From Eledone cirrhosa (lineage: Eukaryota), in the NCBI GenBank assembly GCA_964016885.1, contig OZ024743.1, positions 102,920,001 through 102,984,000 on the forward strand: a stretch of DNA of 64,000 bases, in the 5' to 3' direction. This document shows positions 1 to 14,299 of the stretch, piece after piece. Every line of letters starts with the position of its first letter. Within the stretch, counting starts at the first letter, position 1. The position numbers and the translations under genes were made by a program. The notes under the pieces are model-generated. The model did not search any database and had not been told where the DNA came from. It saw only the letters and a list, made by a program, of their open reading frames with translations.

Positions 1-129
1 AGTCTGGAGCACAAATTTAAAGAAAAGTAATAATATACCAACAACAAACCAAAAGGCCATATAAATAGCAGGAAGATATCTATTTTAGTGTATCAAATTT
101 CTGGGGTTCAAATCTTTTCTATTACCTTT

Positions 130-560
130 CTTATCATCAAAATTATCATCGCCATCATACTCCATCAAGCCCCATTTCCATCTTCACCTGCACGTCGTCA
201 TCATCATCACCATCATCGACACCATCAGCATTATTATCTACATTACGAACATTAAAATCATTGTTTTTTACCACTATCATGCTATTTATAATGATGATGG
301 TGATTGTTATGGTGATTGTGATAACTATGATGGCTACAGTGATGATGTATCTACCACTGAAAAGAGGATGATTGCTATGATGATAATGATGATGATTGCT
401 ATGATGATAATGATGACATTGAAATTGATGGTAAAAGTAATAATACCATTAATACTTAATATAATAATGATCACTTCCTTTCCCATCACCACAACCACCA
501 CAATCACAACAATCATCAATACCACCATTATCATTATCATCACCACCATGCATCAATGCA
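130..560. repeat. Degenerate (CAT)n/(ATG)n trinucleotide low-complexity tract
   Basis: Alternating CAT-rich and ATG-rich blocks; explains the I/M/V-rich ORFs 334..549 and 368..580. Confidence 0.85.
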
Positions 561-879
561 ACATCTTTAAAAAAAATTAACATCCTGCTAGGATTTTTTT
601 TTTCTTGTTTGGCACGTTCTAATTTAAAAGAAATTATGTTGGTTAAACCAATGCTCTCTCTAATGTTGTTGTTTTTCTGTTTATATTGCTGTTGCTATTG
701 TTGCAGTTGTTTGTTATCATCATTAATGTTAATATTGAAGCGGTTGTTTATATTACGTTTTTCATATTGAAACATTCATTTTTGATATATAAAGAACTGT
801 AATGAACAAAATATTGATTCTGATAATATAGGTGATTTCATAAATGTTGACATGCTTAGAGATGTGTTTACTCTGTTTG

Positions 880-1009
880 ATATATGTATATAGGTGGATA
901 TAATATATATATAAATGTATATATATATATGTGTGTATGTATATATATATATATATATAAATGTAAATATATATGTATATATATATATATAAATGTATAT
1001 ATATATGTG

Positions 1010-1047
<38 letters not shown>

Positions 1048-1080
1048 TATTTTATAGATACATATATATACATACTCATA

Positions 1081-1128
<48 letters not shown>

Positions 1129-1672
1129 GTGTGTATAAATATATGTATATATATGTGTTTATGGATCTCTATATATTTATACACACACACATATACATAC
1201 AAATATAAATATATATCTAGGCAAACTATACATTATGAAACATATTCCCTTACCATGCATAAAGTTATGAATTTATGTGCATGCCAAATTTATTCAATAC
1301 AGCCTACACAATGTTTTCTTATCAACTTCCCTTAATGCTTTAATTCTTAGCTAAACCATTTCTCAATCATACATTATATACTACAACATTAAGGGTGTGA
1401 TATCCTAGATTTTAGACAATAGGCTGAAAGTTTACATGGTATCCCAGACCTAATATATCATACATAATAATGTAATATATGGAAGTATAACATTCTTCAC
1501 AATCCTGGCCACTTCTCATATCAGAAAATAAAGGAAACAAAGATTATCAATTTTTGGCTTAAAATTAACTTTTTTTTTTTTTTTAGAAAAATTAAATGAA
1601 ATTGATTTTCAAAAATGTTATCATATCGTTTGTATCAACCCCATGCTATAATTTATAATCTAATACCAATAC

Positions 1673-1708
<36 letters not shown>

Positions 1709-1815
1709 ACATTCTTACATATATGTACACACATTTAAACATATATAGTAATATATTTATAAAGAGGTCTGTCTATATACATATATTGTTGTATATAGTA
1801 AACTGTATTTGTTTC

Positions 1816-1883
<68 letters not shown>

Positions 1884-1906
1884 GTGTATATATATATATA
1901 TTTGTG

Positions 1907-1937
<31 letters not shown>

Positions 1938-2120
1938 TTGTGTATATATATATATGTATATATATATATATTTGTGTGTATATATATATATATATATATT
2001 TATTTATATACGTGTATGTGTATATATATATATATTTGTATATATATTATATATTTACATACATATATATATATATATATTATATGTATGTATATATACA
2101 TATGCATATACATATAAATA
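880..2120. repeat. Two (TA)n/(TG)n microsatellite blocks (about 880-1220 and 1670-2120)
   Basis: Dinucleotide runs read directly; they generate the YIYI pseudo-ORFs. Confidence 0.95.
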
Positions 2121-2538
2121 TGAAATATATTTCAACCGTTTCTTGATAATGAAAATTAATGTTTGCAGGAGAAATCCAAAGTAATTGGGTTTTGTCTGTG
2201 TGCAATGTTTGACAGGAAGTAATTTATGAACATATAACTTTAAAATGAAAGGAAAAAAAAGAAAAAATCAAGGCAAATAAATAAAAAAAACACCTCCAGG
2301 TAGATAGTGAAGTTGAAATAAAGAAAATGTTTTAAAAAATATTTACAAGGGATAGTCTTTCTGGTTTGTATCATGTATTTTCTTTCTTTCATTATTCATG
2401 TTCTATGATTATTTCAGGTTTCTTTTTTTCTAGTAGTGTGAATGCTTGTGACCTAGTGGTTTAGGTCTTTGGACTCATCACAAGGTTGTTGATTAGATTC
2501 ATCAAATGACCAGGAATTTATATTGTTGAGCAAGATTT

Positions 2539-2780
2539 GTGACCAGCAGATAGTATCAGCAATGGATAAACCAATATAAACATGAATTCTTTGCTCCAAT
2601 ATGATGACCAGTTCCTGCCAGGATAGGTGATCAGCAGGTAGTATCAGCAATGGAAAACCAATAGAAACATTGATTCCTTGTTCTAATCAGATTATCAGAT
2701 CCTTTCTTCCATCTGGAGATGTGACCAGCAGATAGTACCAATAATGGAAATACCAATATAAACATGTTTTCCTTGGTCTT
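2539..2780. repeat. Degenerate ~90-bp tandem repeat, 3 copies
   Basis: Motif gaccagcagatagtatcagcaatgga..aaccaatataaacatg recurs at about 2541, 2629 and 2723. Confidence 0.75.
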
Positions 2781-3133
2781 ATGTGATATTCAATTCATTT
2801 TTCATTTTTTTAACCAATTATATTTTTGTTGTTTCATTTTGTTTTTTATTTCATTTTTTGTCATCTCCCCAGTGGAATGAAAAATACATCTTTATCACCA
2901 TCATCATCATCTTTTTCTTCACTATTTTATGTCCACATTTCCATGCTAGTATTGATTGGGTAAGTTGTTACAGACCAAGTCAGCACTCAATTGGAGCTAC
3001 TGCTCTCCTAGAGAAGCAGAGGGCCACATTCCTTACACCTGGTACTTTACATAATATTTTTTTCTGTATTTTCATATAAACCATGATTAGTTTGCAAACC
3101 TAAGTAATATTCTTGTACATCAATTATTTGTGA

Positions 3134-3620
3134 AGGCACATGGTTTAGGGCTTAAAGGATTCAGTAGGTCCAGATTTTAAGATTATGTGTTCAGTCCCTT
3201 GCAATGCATTTTCTGTAAGCAAGACACATTATTTCCTATTATTCCGGTGGATTGGCAGTATTGGTAGAGTGTCGGATGCCATGCTTTGGTGCATAGAGTT
3301 ACGGCCCTTGCCATTCTGAGTTCAAATCCCGCCGAGGTTAACTTTGCCTTTCATCCTTATGGGGTCGATAAAATAAAGTACCAGTAATACACTGGTTAAT
3401 TGCTGGCCTTGTGCCTAACGTAGAAACATTATTTCCTTCCTATTGTTCCAATTCACTAAATAGACAAAAAGATAAAGTGCACCTGTAATTCAAAAGACTA
3501 ATTTTTCATGCACTGTGTCATGCTGAATCTCCCTGAGAACTACACTGGTGGCACACATGTCTGTGGAATGCTCAGCCATTTGTTAATTAATTTCAGAAGC
3601 AGACAATTCCATTGTTTGTA
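3134..3620 (+). mobile_element. Old tRNA-derived SINE (family B), interrupted by a younger SINE
   Basis: Shares gcaagac, acctgtaattcaa and catgctgaatctccctgagaactaca blocks with the copy at 14300-14640. Confidence 0.65.
3246..3436 (+). mobile_element. tRNA-derived SINE (family A)
   Basis: B-box-like gagttcaaatcc, body ctttgcctttcatccttatggggtcgataaaataaagtaccag, (ATT) tail; putative TSD ttcctattattcc/ttcctattgttcc. Confidence 0.85.
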
Positions 3621-3799
3621 AAATTGAAATGATTGTTGTTGGAAGTGACTGGGTTTGAAGTAAACTATCAATAAATACAAATTAATACAGCCTTGGATGG
3701 CTGTACACAAATGGCAAGCTATGTACCCTCCACCTGTTTCTGTCATCAGCCATTGAACTCTGGATGATACGGTGGTGTGTATAAGTTTTGATGCTATGC

Positions 3800-3985
3800 G
3801 AGGTGGAATGGCTCTTCCAGTGTGTCTCCTTCACTATCCTCCTGGGAAACGCCTTCTTCATTCTGTCTGCCAGCATTGCGGGGTGGCCAGCCCTTGGGCC
3901 TCCCATTTGCTCATAATATTGGGAAATGGGGAGAGTGGGAAAGACGAAGTCAGTGACAATGAGAGTTTGCTTCTTTTGTGTTCAG
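3800..3985 (+). mobile_element. 3' terminal fragment of a CRE-like non-LTR retrotransposon
   Basis: Translates to WLFQCVSFTILLGNAFFIL, similar to the typical CRE C-terminus (FQRxSxxIxRGNAxxIL); homologous to 47935-48103 (-). Confidence 0.55.
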
Positions 3986-4384
3986 ACGTTGGATATGTGT
4001 ATGTGTTTCACGAACACACACTCATGTATGTGAGCACCTTTTAACAATTCAGTTACCCATTAGCATCAATCTTCTTCCCAAGTGTTTACTATTGGTGTAT
4101 TTCTGAGATCCTCAGAAATACTCCAAAATGTTTCATTCTTAATCCTATCAAGTACCCATACACCCTCCTCTAAGCTGCCAACTATCTGACTATGGAACAG
4201 CTATTTGATATAACTAAGTACATCATCAATTTTATGTCTGCTTTTATATACGGGCATGGCTGAGAAGAGACTTTATTAGATGGAGTTGTTCTCCAGCTTC
4301 AGGCACTTCCTACTTTTAACTGATACTTTATTTTAAATAGGTTGTATACCATTAACCTTTGTTGAACTGAGGCACTGGTACAAT

Positions 4385-4605
4385 AATGTTGAAGAGTAAA
4401 GTGGTACTGATGATCTCTATGATATTGGGGCTATTGCTGCTGCTGCTGCAGGTGCTGCTGTTGTTCCTGATGTTAATGCTAATGATGATGATGTCTATGA
4501 TATACATGCTGATGGTGCTAATAATAATGAGGATTAAAATAAGCATTGTGATATTGATGATAAATATGGTGATTATATTTATGATTATAATGAACATGGA
4601 TTGAA
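4385..4605. repeat. Degenerate (ATG)n/(GCT)n tract
   Basis: Read directly from the sequence. Confidence 0.8.
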
Positions 4606-5336
4606 GTAGAGAATGTCTCATTATAGCAAAGACATAATTTAATCTGAACAACCATCACAAATAATAATTTCTTTATTAGCCACGCAGGGCTCACATTAAG
4701 GAGACATTAAAGACAGTGCAGGATAATATAGTGTTGGGGTCTTTTGTGTAAAATAAAATTCATAACAGAGACATAAATAAAAATAAAAAATAAAAAAAAT
4801 ACATTTCTCAGCTAATAGTGACTAGTCAATTTTAGCATGTTGGGATTGGTGCTGTTAAAAATGATTTTATGTCTTGGAGAGAAATAAGAAAAGAGAGAGC
4901 GAGAAGAATACTTTCATGTTGGCTTGAAAGCTTGCATATTCTGTGCTAGCATCAAAGTATTTTCATATTATTGGCAGAATCAGTATTGTAAAAAGAAGTT
5001 AGTTGTGATTTATAGTGGCCAGTCACTGAAAAGTCTTGTAGCAAACATTCTTTATACCCTAAAGCTCAATATATATATATATGCTTAATCTATTCATTTT
5101 TCAAATGGTTTGTATATGAAATCATATATGGACACCACAGTTACATGTTGACTAAAACGTTCTCATATATTATATTTTAGAAAAGGAATGTAGTTGACAT
5201 CATCATAGACTTGACATAATATTTTTTCACTTTCATCTCACTAATATCAATTTTATATATATATCATCATCATCATCACCATTTTATGCCCATTTTTCCA
5301 TGCTAGCATGGGTTAGATGAGTTGTACGCCAACCTC

Positions 5337-5373
<37 letters not shown>

Positions 5374-5796
5374 GAGAGCTAGAGCCCAACAGCTAAGCTG
5401 TTGCTGTTTCAAAGGCTCATTCCAGACTCATTAGATGCCAAAAACAACAAGAGCTCAGCCATCAGACATCAACACTCTCTAATGAAGTTACACCCTACTA
5501 TCCTTATTATCGAGTACTCTGCTGAATAATGGTCTTACTGGTTTAAAACTCGTAAAATCCTGATCTATATATATCTATATCTATCACAAGAGTAAACATT
5601 CAAGTAATAAAAGTTATGCCAACAAACTTTCAAGCTCAATGTCAGTACAACATCAGCAAGTTAAGTCAAATCAATTGATTACAGGTATAATGTCTAAAGT
5701 ATTAGTAATCAAATTCTGAGTAAACAAATCTGGTGGATTATATGAATGCAGAGTACATACATAATAATAGAGTAAAAGACATTTTATGTATTAAAA

Positions 5797-6155
5797 TGGG
5801 GTGATGGCTTGTTAGAATCATTAGAGCATTGGACAACATGCTTTGCAGCATAGAGTTATGGTCCTTTACATTCTGAGTTTAAATTCTGCCTGCTTTGCTT
5901 CTCATCGTTACAGGGTCAATAAAATAAACCACCAGTTATGTACTGGGGTCAATTTAATCAACTTTCCCTCCCTCCAGAATTACTGGCCTTGTACCTAAAT
6001 CAGAAACCATTATTTTTTTTATCATTAGTGGGTAGTCAGTATCGATAGAGTGTTGAACAATATGCTTTGCAATATATAGATACAGCCCATTATGTTCTGA
6101 AGTCAAATCCTGTCGAGGTTAGCTTTGCCTTTCATCCTTATGGGATCAATAAAAG
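5797..6155 (+). mobile_element. Two decayed SINE family A copies (5797-6012; partial 6028-6155)
   Basis: Same body and ctggccttgtacctaa..agaaacca tail as 3246-3436. Confidence 0.7.
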
Positions 6156-6159
6156 AAAG

Positions 6160-6900
6160 TATCACTAAGTTGATGGAAGATGGCCTCCAAAATGCTCTTG
6201 ATAGGTTTGTTGCCAGGTGCTGCATGGTAGGATTGAAAATTAGTGCTACAAAGACTGAGACACTCCTCCTCACAAAGAAGCTTGTGCAGTGTACTTTACA
6301 TGGGAGTGTAGTTCCACTGAAACAGTTGGAGATGTTCAAGTATCTCGGCATTGTTTTCACCAGTAATTGACGGCAGGAGGCTGAATTAAGTGCAAGAATT
6401 GAAGGAACTGGTGCAGTAACACTCCAGTTTCAGCAGTCGATCATCGAGAAGAAAGGAATTAGGTGTAAAAGTCAAACTCACTATATTTACTTTGGTATTG
6501 GTGCCAACCCATACATATGGTTAAGAATCTTGAGTAATTCCCAAAAGAATGTGATTGTGAATATAAGTGGCCATAATGGGGTTCTTTCGAAGTGTCTTAG
6601 GAGTAACTTTACTCAATAGAGTGCATAACTCAGAGATCAGAGAATCAAGCCAGGTAGAGCCAAATTGACAGATCACAGCTCCCATACTATGGACATGTGG
6701 TCAGAATGTCTAAGGAAAGAATTACTAGATGGATTTTACAGGTAAAAGTGAACCTTCAGGAGAAACAAAGTTAGATTCTCAGAAAGATGGTTGTATAATG
6801 CAAAATAAGCTGGGCTTGTCTTGCATGGGGATCTAGCCAGATTAATTGGAGACAGTTGCTTCAAGCATGACCTACTCGAAGGCATATGCTTGAGGAACAA
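6160..6900 (+). mobile_element. Decayed LINE (RTE-like) RT C-terminal fragment
   Basis: LQNALDRFVARCCMVGLKISATKTE...FKYLGIVFT, followed by degenerate downstream motifs (YYGHVVRMSKERI). Confidence 0.75.
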
Positions 6901-7004
6901 GTGAATGAAGAAGAACTGGAAGACCAGTATCGCAATGGTGTCAATTTAAATAACTTTTCACTGTGGCTGAATCAGAAACCATTATTATTGTGTATGCATG
7001 TATG

Positions 7005-7052
<48 letters not shown>

Positions 7053-7689
7053 TATATAGATAGATAGATAGATAGATAGATAAAGAGAGAGAGAGAGAGG
7101 GGAGAGAGAGAGATAGATAGATAGAGAGAGAGAGAGAGGGAGATGAGTTGATAACACAATCATATAAAGGTAAAGGATATTTCAAGGTTCAAATGTGATT
7201 TTATATTCCATAGCAAGATAGGTAAAAGAAAGTTCAGAGTTTAATACAATCAGTAAATGTTCAATCACAGTAGTTTTACAATATAGAGCATATATATAAA
7301 TGAATAAGAAATAGCCATTTAATCCTGGTTATTTTTATTCATATATATATATATATAGTGAGAGAGAGAGAGAGAGAGAGAGGAAGAGAGTTGTGGCACA
7401 AGAGTAGTCAAATCAGAGTATGAGAAGTCGCAATAATATGAGTAGAAAATATGGTGAGAGAAGACATGTGTGTCAAACAAAAAGTGGAATGTATTAGTGA
7501 GCATTGTCATGGTAATATATCAGTTGGTCCTTTTGAATGAGGTATCTATATAAATAGCAGCTTCAACATTCTAGATATACAAGGAATTATCTATTGTGGG
7601 TCTCATTTGATGTTTATAGTGGATTAGTATTAGTATTTGTTAGTTGGTTGAGATAGACTGTGACATAGAAAGACATTTTAGAGGCTGCA

Positions 7690-8060
7690 ATGAATGTCAG
7701 AGTGGGGTGACCACGGGGGTCTATACTTCCATGCATTCCTAGGAGAAAACTTCTGCTTTCGGAAATAATCTATATATATGGATCATATGGGGAGCCTTTC
7801 TGAGTAAATATATTAGATTGTTTGGGATATTTCAAATGAATTGAACCTTTCCCTAAAGTCTAACATTAGTAATTCATTACCTTCCAGATATCTTTGTGTC
7901 AGATAATGTTTCTATTTATACATGTGATGAATTTAGGAAGATTATGTCTTTAAATGGTATACAACATTTGGCCAGAGCCGTTTATTGCCCATCATCTAAT
8001 GGGTATGCTGAGAGGTTTGCCCAACTTTCAAAATAGATCTCAAGGAAAATAATACCTAGG
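7690..8060 (+). mobile_element. Decayed Ty3/Gypsy integrase fragment
   Basis: Manual translation LPDIFVSDNVSIYTCDEFRKIMSLNGIQHLARAVYCPSSNGYAERFAQLFK matches the rve D(35)E region. Confidence 0.75.
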
Positions 8061-8287
8061 TTTGATCAGAATGATAAATGCTTTGAACATTACAAAAATC
8101 TAAACGTAACAAAATAGAGTTGCGCAGAGTAATGAGAGAAAGTGAGTGGCATGAATATACATGTACAGATATATATATATTTTTAAAAGTAATTTTTTTA
8201 ATTAAAAAAGACCTGGATTTTACATAAGGAACAAAGATCCTCTCATTGGAAGTTAGACGACACTATATAAACAATTGAATAGATGCT

Positions 8288-8435
8288 GACATGGCAGAGT
8301 CATTAGAACATCAGATAGAATACTTTTCAGTATTCATTCTGGCTTTCTGCACTCTCCAAGTTCAAATCCTGCTAACAACAAATTTATTTTTTTAACTTTT
8401 CGATAAATAAAGTACCAGTCCAGTACTGGAGTTGA
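8288..8435 (+). mobile_element. Decayed SINE (family A-related)
   Basis: aagttcaaatcctgc...cgataaataaagtaccagtccagtactgg. Confidence 0.6.
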
Positions 8436-8797
8436 TTATTCCTCTTTATCTCTTTCTCACTTTTTATCTATTTCACTCTCTCTCCTTCTCTGGAAGTAAT
8501 CAGCTGTATGCAGACTGTGAGAGGGATGGGCTCCACTAAAACTGAGAGGTATCAAAAACAAAGACGAAGCACAAATTGCTCTCCTACAAAGACTACCCTA
8601 TTGGACGCTGCTCAAATAAATATCCAGGAAAGTGTAGTCTGCCTAAGACACTGTATTTCTTGAGGACACACCTACAGCTCCATCAGAGATTATGGGTCTA
8701 TACATATAAAGAACCAAAATAAGAACTTTATAAAGCAGTACATATTATCCCTTTTTTGTATACAGATAAAATTACATAGAAGAATAGTCGAGTGAAT

Positions 8798-9580
8798 ATC
8801 ATCATCATCATCATCATCATCATCAACGTTTAACGTCCGTGTTCCACGCTTGCATGGGTTTGGACGGAGGGTTTTCCCACTTGAGGCAAGAGTGATTGTC
8901 TTGCTCGCATAGGACTGTCTGGCAGGTTTTCTACAGTTGGATGCCCTTCCTAACACCAACCACATTTACAGTATGGGTCTGGGAGGTTTTTACCGTGTTG
9001 CCTACACGGCCACATTACAGCGTGGACTGTGTGTTTTTTGTCGTGACACCTACACGATCTCATTTGTTTCGGCCTGGATGGTGTGGCACCAACACAACTT
9101 TACATAGAAGGGGCGGTGTGGATGGGGTGGGGGTGGTGGGACGGGGGTGTATTTTGTTAGAGATGCCTACTGGCTGTAGTAGGTTTTACTATGTATTTAG
9201 GGAAGGCGGGTCTTCTCTATTACTGAGTACCGCCAAAGGTCTCGGTCCAGTGACATTGTCTTGGAGAGGTATAAGTGTGTGTGGTCGGAGTTTATCAGCT
9301 CGTCCCAGGTTTTTCTAGGTCTGCCTATTCCGTGGCTACCGTCTATCTTTATTGCCCTGCACTTTGTTATACACCTATCGACTTTCATGCGCATCACGTG
9401 TCCATACCAACGTAGCCTTCTCTCGAGTAAACAACATCTGATCCCTCTTATTTCTAATTTTTTTTCCTTAGTTCGTTTATGCTTTGCCGTTCACGTATAT
9501 TACTATTACACATCCAACGGAGCATGCAAGCTTCGTTCCTCTCTAGTCTGCGTATATCCTCTGCACACAATGCCCATGGT
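8798..9580 (-). mobile_element. RTE-clade LINE 3' end with (GAT)n tail
   Basis: ORF 9197..9397 MRMKVDRCITKCRAIKIDGSHGIGRPRKTWDE...DRDLWR is a typical RTE C-terminus; (CAT)n at 8798-8825. Confidence 0.8.
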
Positions 9581-9938
9581 TTTTGAATTTTTTTCTTTAG
9601 TGAATGATTTGAATGTTTTAGAATCTATTGGTCACCAGGTGTAGGATTTGCTATAAGTATTTGCTCAAATGGAATTTATTCACTTTTACTACATGCTGCA
9701 GAGGTCAACGTCCTTATATATCATAACTGTAGACAAAAAAATACTTTCCATTTAAAAATAGTTTTAAATATTTTCAGTACTAAAAATGCCAAAGCTTCCA
9801 TGATATGAAAGTTGTGTGTCCAAATTTAGTCTTAATATCTGTACTGCATACATGTTAAATTAAACAAAATGTGTCTTTAACAACAACACCAGCAGCAACA
9901 TAAAAATATTATTAACAAAAGAGAATACAAGGTAAACC

Positions 9939-9971
<33 letters not shown>

Positions 9972-9977
9972 TATATG

Positions 9978-12900
9978 GTAAATTTCTTTAATTCTTTAAG
10001 TCGTTTGGAAGCCTCGACAATGCAAATGGGTAAATCTCCGGGTAACAAGATCCGGTAGTGGAGAGAGATGTAAGTGGATGTACGTTGAGATGGGTGGCGT
10101 GTATAAGACGTGTAGAGGAATGAAGGAAAGAGCATAAAGGATATAATAAAAATAACAACACGAGAGAGAGTTACCTTGGGAGAGATTTAATTGTCCCTCT
10201 TAATTTCGGATTCACATCCATCAACTGCGGGTTTTTTTCCGGGGTGCGAAACGCGTTCTCCACTGTTCGTTGTTTTGAATATCTGAGGTATTCAGCAGAG
10301 CGTGCGTGCGCGTGAAATGGGGTCGGTCAGGTAGAGGTCAGCGGCCGAAGTAGTTCTTTCAATTGTAGGAGTGGGGTGGCGCTAGCTGTCAGTCCATTCA
10401 CTGCCTGTTTGTTAAATGTTACTGTGTGTGTGTGTGCGTGTGTTGTTGTCTCGCTTGAGTGTGTGTGTGCGTGTGTTGTTGCCTCGTTCCTCTGTATTGG
10501 CAGTGTAGTATGTTCGTATGGTGGAATGCTACTGTGTGTGTGTGTGTGTGTGTGCATATGTTGTTGTCTCGCTTGTGTGTGTGTGTGCGTGTGTTGCTGC
10601 ATCGTTTGTTAACTTAAACCAACCACCTCATTTCGCTTCTCTCGGATCGATTGTTTATTTGTGGCTCTAGGCGTTTGATTCAAAGTGCTTCCTTGATACG
10701 TAACGTGCCGACGTTTCTTTCAGTCGCTAGAATTGTGACAATGGGCCTTCCGTCTTTGTTTCCGCATTTGTCTATGTGTTTCCGGAAAGACGAGGCCCTG
10801 GTTTTAGTGTGTTCCTTGATCCGGATGTGCAAAGGTCGGATTGTGCTACCTATATAGTATTGGTTGCACTTGTTACATTCTATCTTATACACGACGTATG
10901 TGCGTAGGCAACAGTTCGCATGGCGTATCGGGCAGTCTCTGAGGGAGAACGCGTCAGTTGATTTCCCGGGTTTCCTGGAGGGGCATCTTCGCAGGGAGGG
11001 GCCCGAGTGTGCCAGGTGGATGTCGAGGCCCTCCCTCCGTATAGCCTTGCGGATAGCGTTGGTGGTATTCTCACTCAGGTGTGGCATTTTAAGGAAGCAC
11101 TTGCCTTGGGTGCCTCTCTGTCTCTTGTGTCTGGTGTCTCCTACTCTGTCTGTGAGCGAGTAAGGGTACCCGTTCGTCTCCAGCACCTCGAGGAATCGCT
11201 TGGTATGAGTGACACCACTCGCGGGATCGCTGCATCTGTTTTTGATTCGCGCGATTTCGTTCGTGATGTATCCTCTTTTGGCACTGTTAGGGAGGGCGGA
11301 CTTGTAGTGAAAGAATAGGTCCCTGCAGGCTACCTTTCGGTAGAAGTTGCAGTGGATCCTTCCCTATTCCATGATATTGATTCGGAAGTCGAGGAGAGCA
11401 AGTGACCCGTCTTCGTTGGGGTGTTCAACACTGAAGTCAATGTTTTCGTCCGTGTTGTTGAACGTCTCATAGATTCTGTTCGCCGTGTCTTGGGAAGATG
11501 TGAGGATGAGGATATCGTCCACGTACCTTGAGCAAAAAGGCTACGGCGTTGGGGTGGCAGGCGTTGAGTGCCTTGCGCTCGAGGTTGTCCATGTAAGAGA
11601 TCGCCAGCACACCCGACAGGATTGATCCCATGGGCAATCCCGAGGTTTGTTGGTATGTTTGGTCAAGGAATCCGAAGTAGGTGTTGTCGACGACGATGGA
11701 TAGGAGTTGGTGGATGTTAGTGGTGGTGAGCCCGAAGCAGTGTAGTTCGGTGGATTGGACGCGTTCCATCAGTATATTGACGGCCGGGAGTGCCGAGGCC
11801 GAGGTGTAGAGAGCGACTACATCAAGGCTGAAGGCATATCTGTTATTCTTTCTGGTGTCGGGATCCATTTGATGCAGGCGCTTCAACACCTCCTCGGAGC
11901 TGTTAACGTGTCCCGGCAAGGTGTCCAAGATAGGTTTGAGTATTCTGGCTAGGAGCCATGAAATTTTGTAGAGTGGTCCTTCCACGCTCGATACAATGAG
12001 CCTGATCTTCAGGTCGGGTCCCTGTTTGTGTGTTTTCACAAGGTGGTATAAGGCGGGTAGTCTGCTGTTCCTCGTGAGGAGGTTGTATCTCAACTTCTTC
12101 GGGAGCTTCCGCCGGTCGCAGATGTTGGTCCAGGCGGCGTTGATGTGCTCTTCTATCTGCGCGGGAGTGATTCCGGTGACCTTGGAGTAGAGGTTGTCAT
12201 CGTCAAGGTGTTAGAGCGCCAGGGTGTTGTAGGCCTCTCTGCTGATGACGCAGAATTCTTTTCCCTTGTCGGAGGGGAGATAGATGAGGTTCTTCGATTT
12301 TAGGTTGAAGAGAGTGGTGAGTTGAGATTTGGTGAGGTTGTGTGTTGTGCGTGTGTGTGTGTTTGTGAAGTATATCCGAGATGGAGTGTTTTAGCCTGAT
12401 GAGTTTAGTGTCGAGTTCGTGGTTGGTGGGTGGGGTGGAGTGGGTTGTCGGGGTGGTAAGTGGGGAACTTGGGGTGGGTTGCGTGGGCGCTGTTATTTTC
12501 TGTGGCGCTGTTGATGGCGGTCACCCATTTAAGTTGGTAGGCGGCTCGACAAAAGTTGGCCTCGATGTTGAGTTTGAGTCTGTCGTCGAGACGTTGTGAG
12601 ACGATGAACTTGGGTCCGAGGTGTAGGAGTTTCAGCTCGTCGCTCGTGAGAGTGCCGGTTAGGTCGGTGACCAGGTGCGTCGCATCATTGAGGTGTGGCT
12701 CGGTGTTGGTGGATGCGGCGGTGGCGGTTGTTAAGTTGTTGTTTTCCACGTGGTTCTGGTCCGTCTGTTCGTTAGTGTCAATGTTCTCGTTGTGGCGTTT
12801 CGACAAAATCCCCTCATATTTTCGCTTGAGCCGTTTTTTCTCGTATTGGACTCTGGAGTGGTAGCACTGGTCGATTGCTTTAGTGATTTTCAGGAGCAAG

Positions 12901-13232
12901 TCGCCAGGTGCTATTGACAGTCGATGTGTCCGCTCTGAGAGTGTCCGCTTATGGACGTGTAATTGGCGGTTGAGATGTCTCAGGATCTGTTTAATACAGG
13001 TGCGATGTATGCGGTTAGTGGTGTTTTGGAAGGCTGGTGTACGTAGACTTACTGGTAAGCGGATGTTCCTGATGGTGTTGGGGATGACATCATTTTTTAG
13101 GCAGCGTTCAGGAAAATAATTTGACAGCCAGCATTGGCCCATTTCTCCGACAGTCTAAACAGTTCCCTTACGGATGCAAACAATTCCTGGCTCAGGTGTA
13201 AGGATAAGAGAGTATTGAAGTTTGCTTGAAGC

Positions 13233-13234
<2 letters not shown>
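9978..13234 (-). mobile_element. Penelope-like retroelement (PLE), near full length, bounded by (TA)n on both sides
   Basis: RT motifs LYHLVKTHK, FSLDVVALYT, GLPMGSILSGVLA and RYVDD; C-terminal GIY-YIG VVYKIECNKCNQYYIGSTIRPLHIRIKEH. Confidence 0.92.
10614..13234 (-). pseudogene. PLE RT/GIY-YIG polyprotein with several frameshifts and stops
   Basis: Pieces 13097..13234, 12405..13142, 11467..12093 and 10680..11186; in-frame TAA near 12212 and TGA at 10680. Confidence 0.85.
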
Positions 13235-13293
<59 letters not shown>

Positions 13294-14299
13294 TCTATCA
13301 TCATCATCATTTTACGTTCGCTCTTCCCTGCTTGCAATATATATATATATATATATATATATTCCAAAAGAGAGAGATTTCAGTTTAATGCATATGTATT
13401 TTATTACACATTTTCCACACTGTCACCTGGCTCATCCCATTCACAATTACATAATGATTATTTAATGATAGTGTTCGATTCATTCAGACACGAAGGAACA
13501 TCAGCTGTTAAAAACCACTTTATATAAATTAATGTAAAAATATTTTTCTTTAACCAAATATCTACAAATTCTTCTGTAGATAACACGACATAATATAACT
13601 TTACATTGAAGCTATAATCCCACTTCTAAGTAGAAAATTGTTGATGTTTGCCTTTTTATTAGAACCAATGATTTTGGATTGGGAAAAAGCAAGAGATTCA
13701 ACTAACGTTTTTTAATTTCTTCTTAGAAGGATTGTCTTCCACTGGCGCCAACATTGTCTTGATTATTGATGTATAAGTTTAATTTGTGTTTTAATCTTAG
13801 TTTGGATTTGATTGAAAAACAATTACTCTTATGTCCATACGTAAATATATTTTGCTTTTTGACAATTTGGGTCTTCTAAACCTAGACACTCAAGTCTGTT
13901 ATTAATGGGTTTGTTTGGAAGTTTTCTCTCAAAGAAGACTATGTTTAAATATATTTTGTTATGGTTTTTGATATTATTGTTATAGTTTTATTGTTATTGA
14001 TGGTGGTTAGTTCCAAGTAAAACAAAAATAAACAAACAAATATATATATATATATACTAAGTGACTAAATAACATTGAGGTCAGCAACCAATCAGATGTT
14101 AGGCGTTGTTGCTCACTAAAACAAATTCCCACCCCCAGCCACACAGCAAAAGTAGCCAATTTCTAGACCTGATATGTCACTGATTTATATTTTGTATGAT
14201 GCTTATGGATGAAAAGGCAAGTAGATCTTGGCAGAGTTTCAGCTGAGATATTTAAAACTAGTAACAGACTTGTCAAATCATCCCATTTCTTCTTGCCCA

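Noticed and set aside
973-2184. ORFs rich in [12 protein letters not shown] or MYVC here and throughout the window
   Set aside because: They are translations of (TA)n, (TG)n and (CATA)n microsatellites.
10680-10682. In-frame TGA in the PLE as selenocysteine
   Set aside because: It falls at a likely Trp position (EAL*IKRL) in a copy with other stops and frameshifts.
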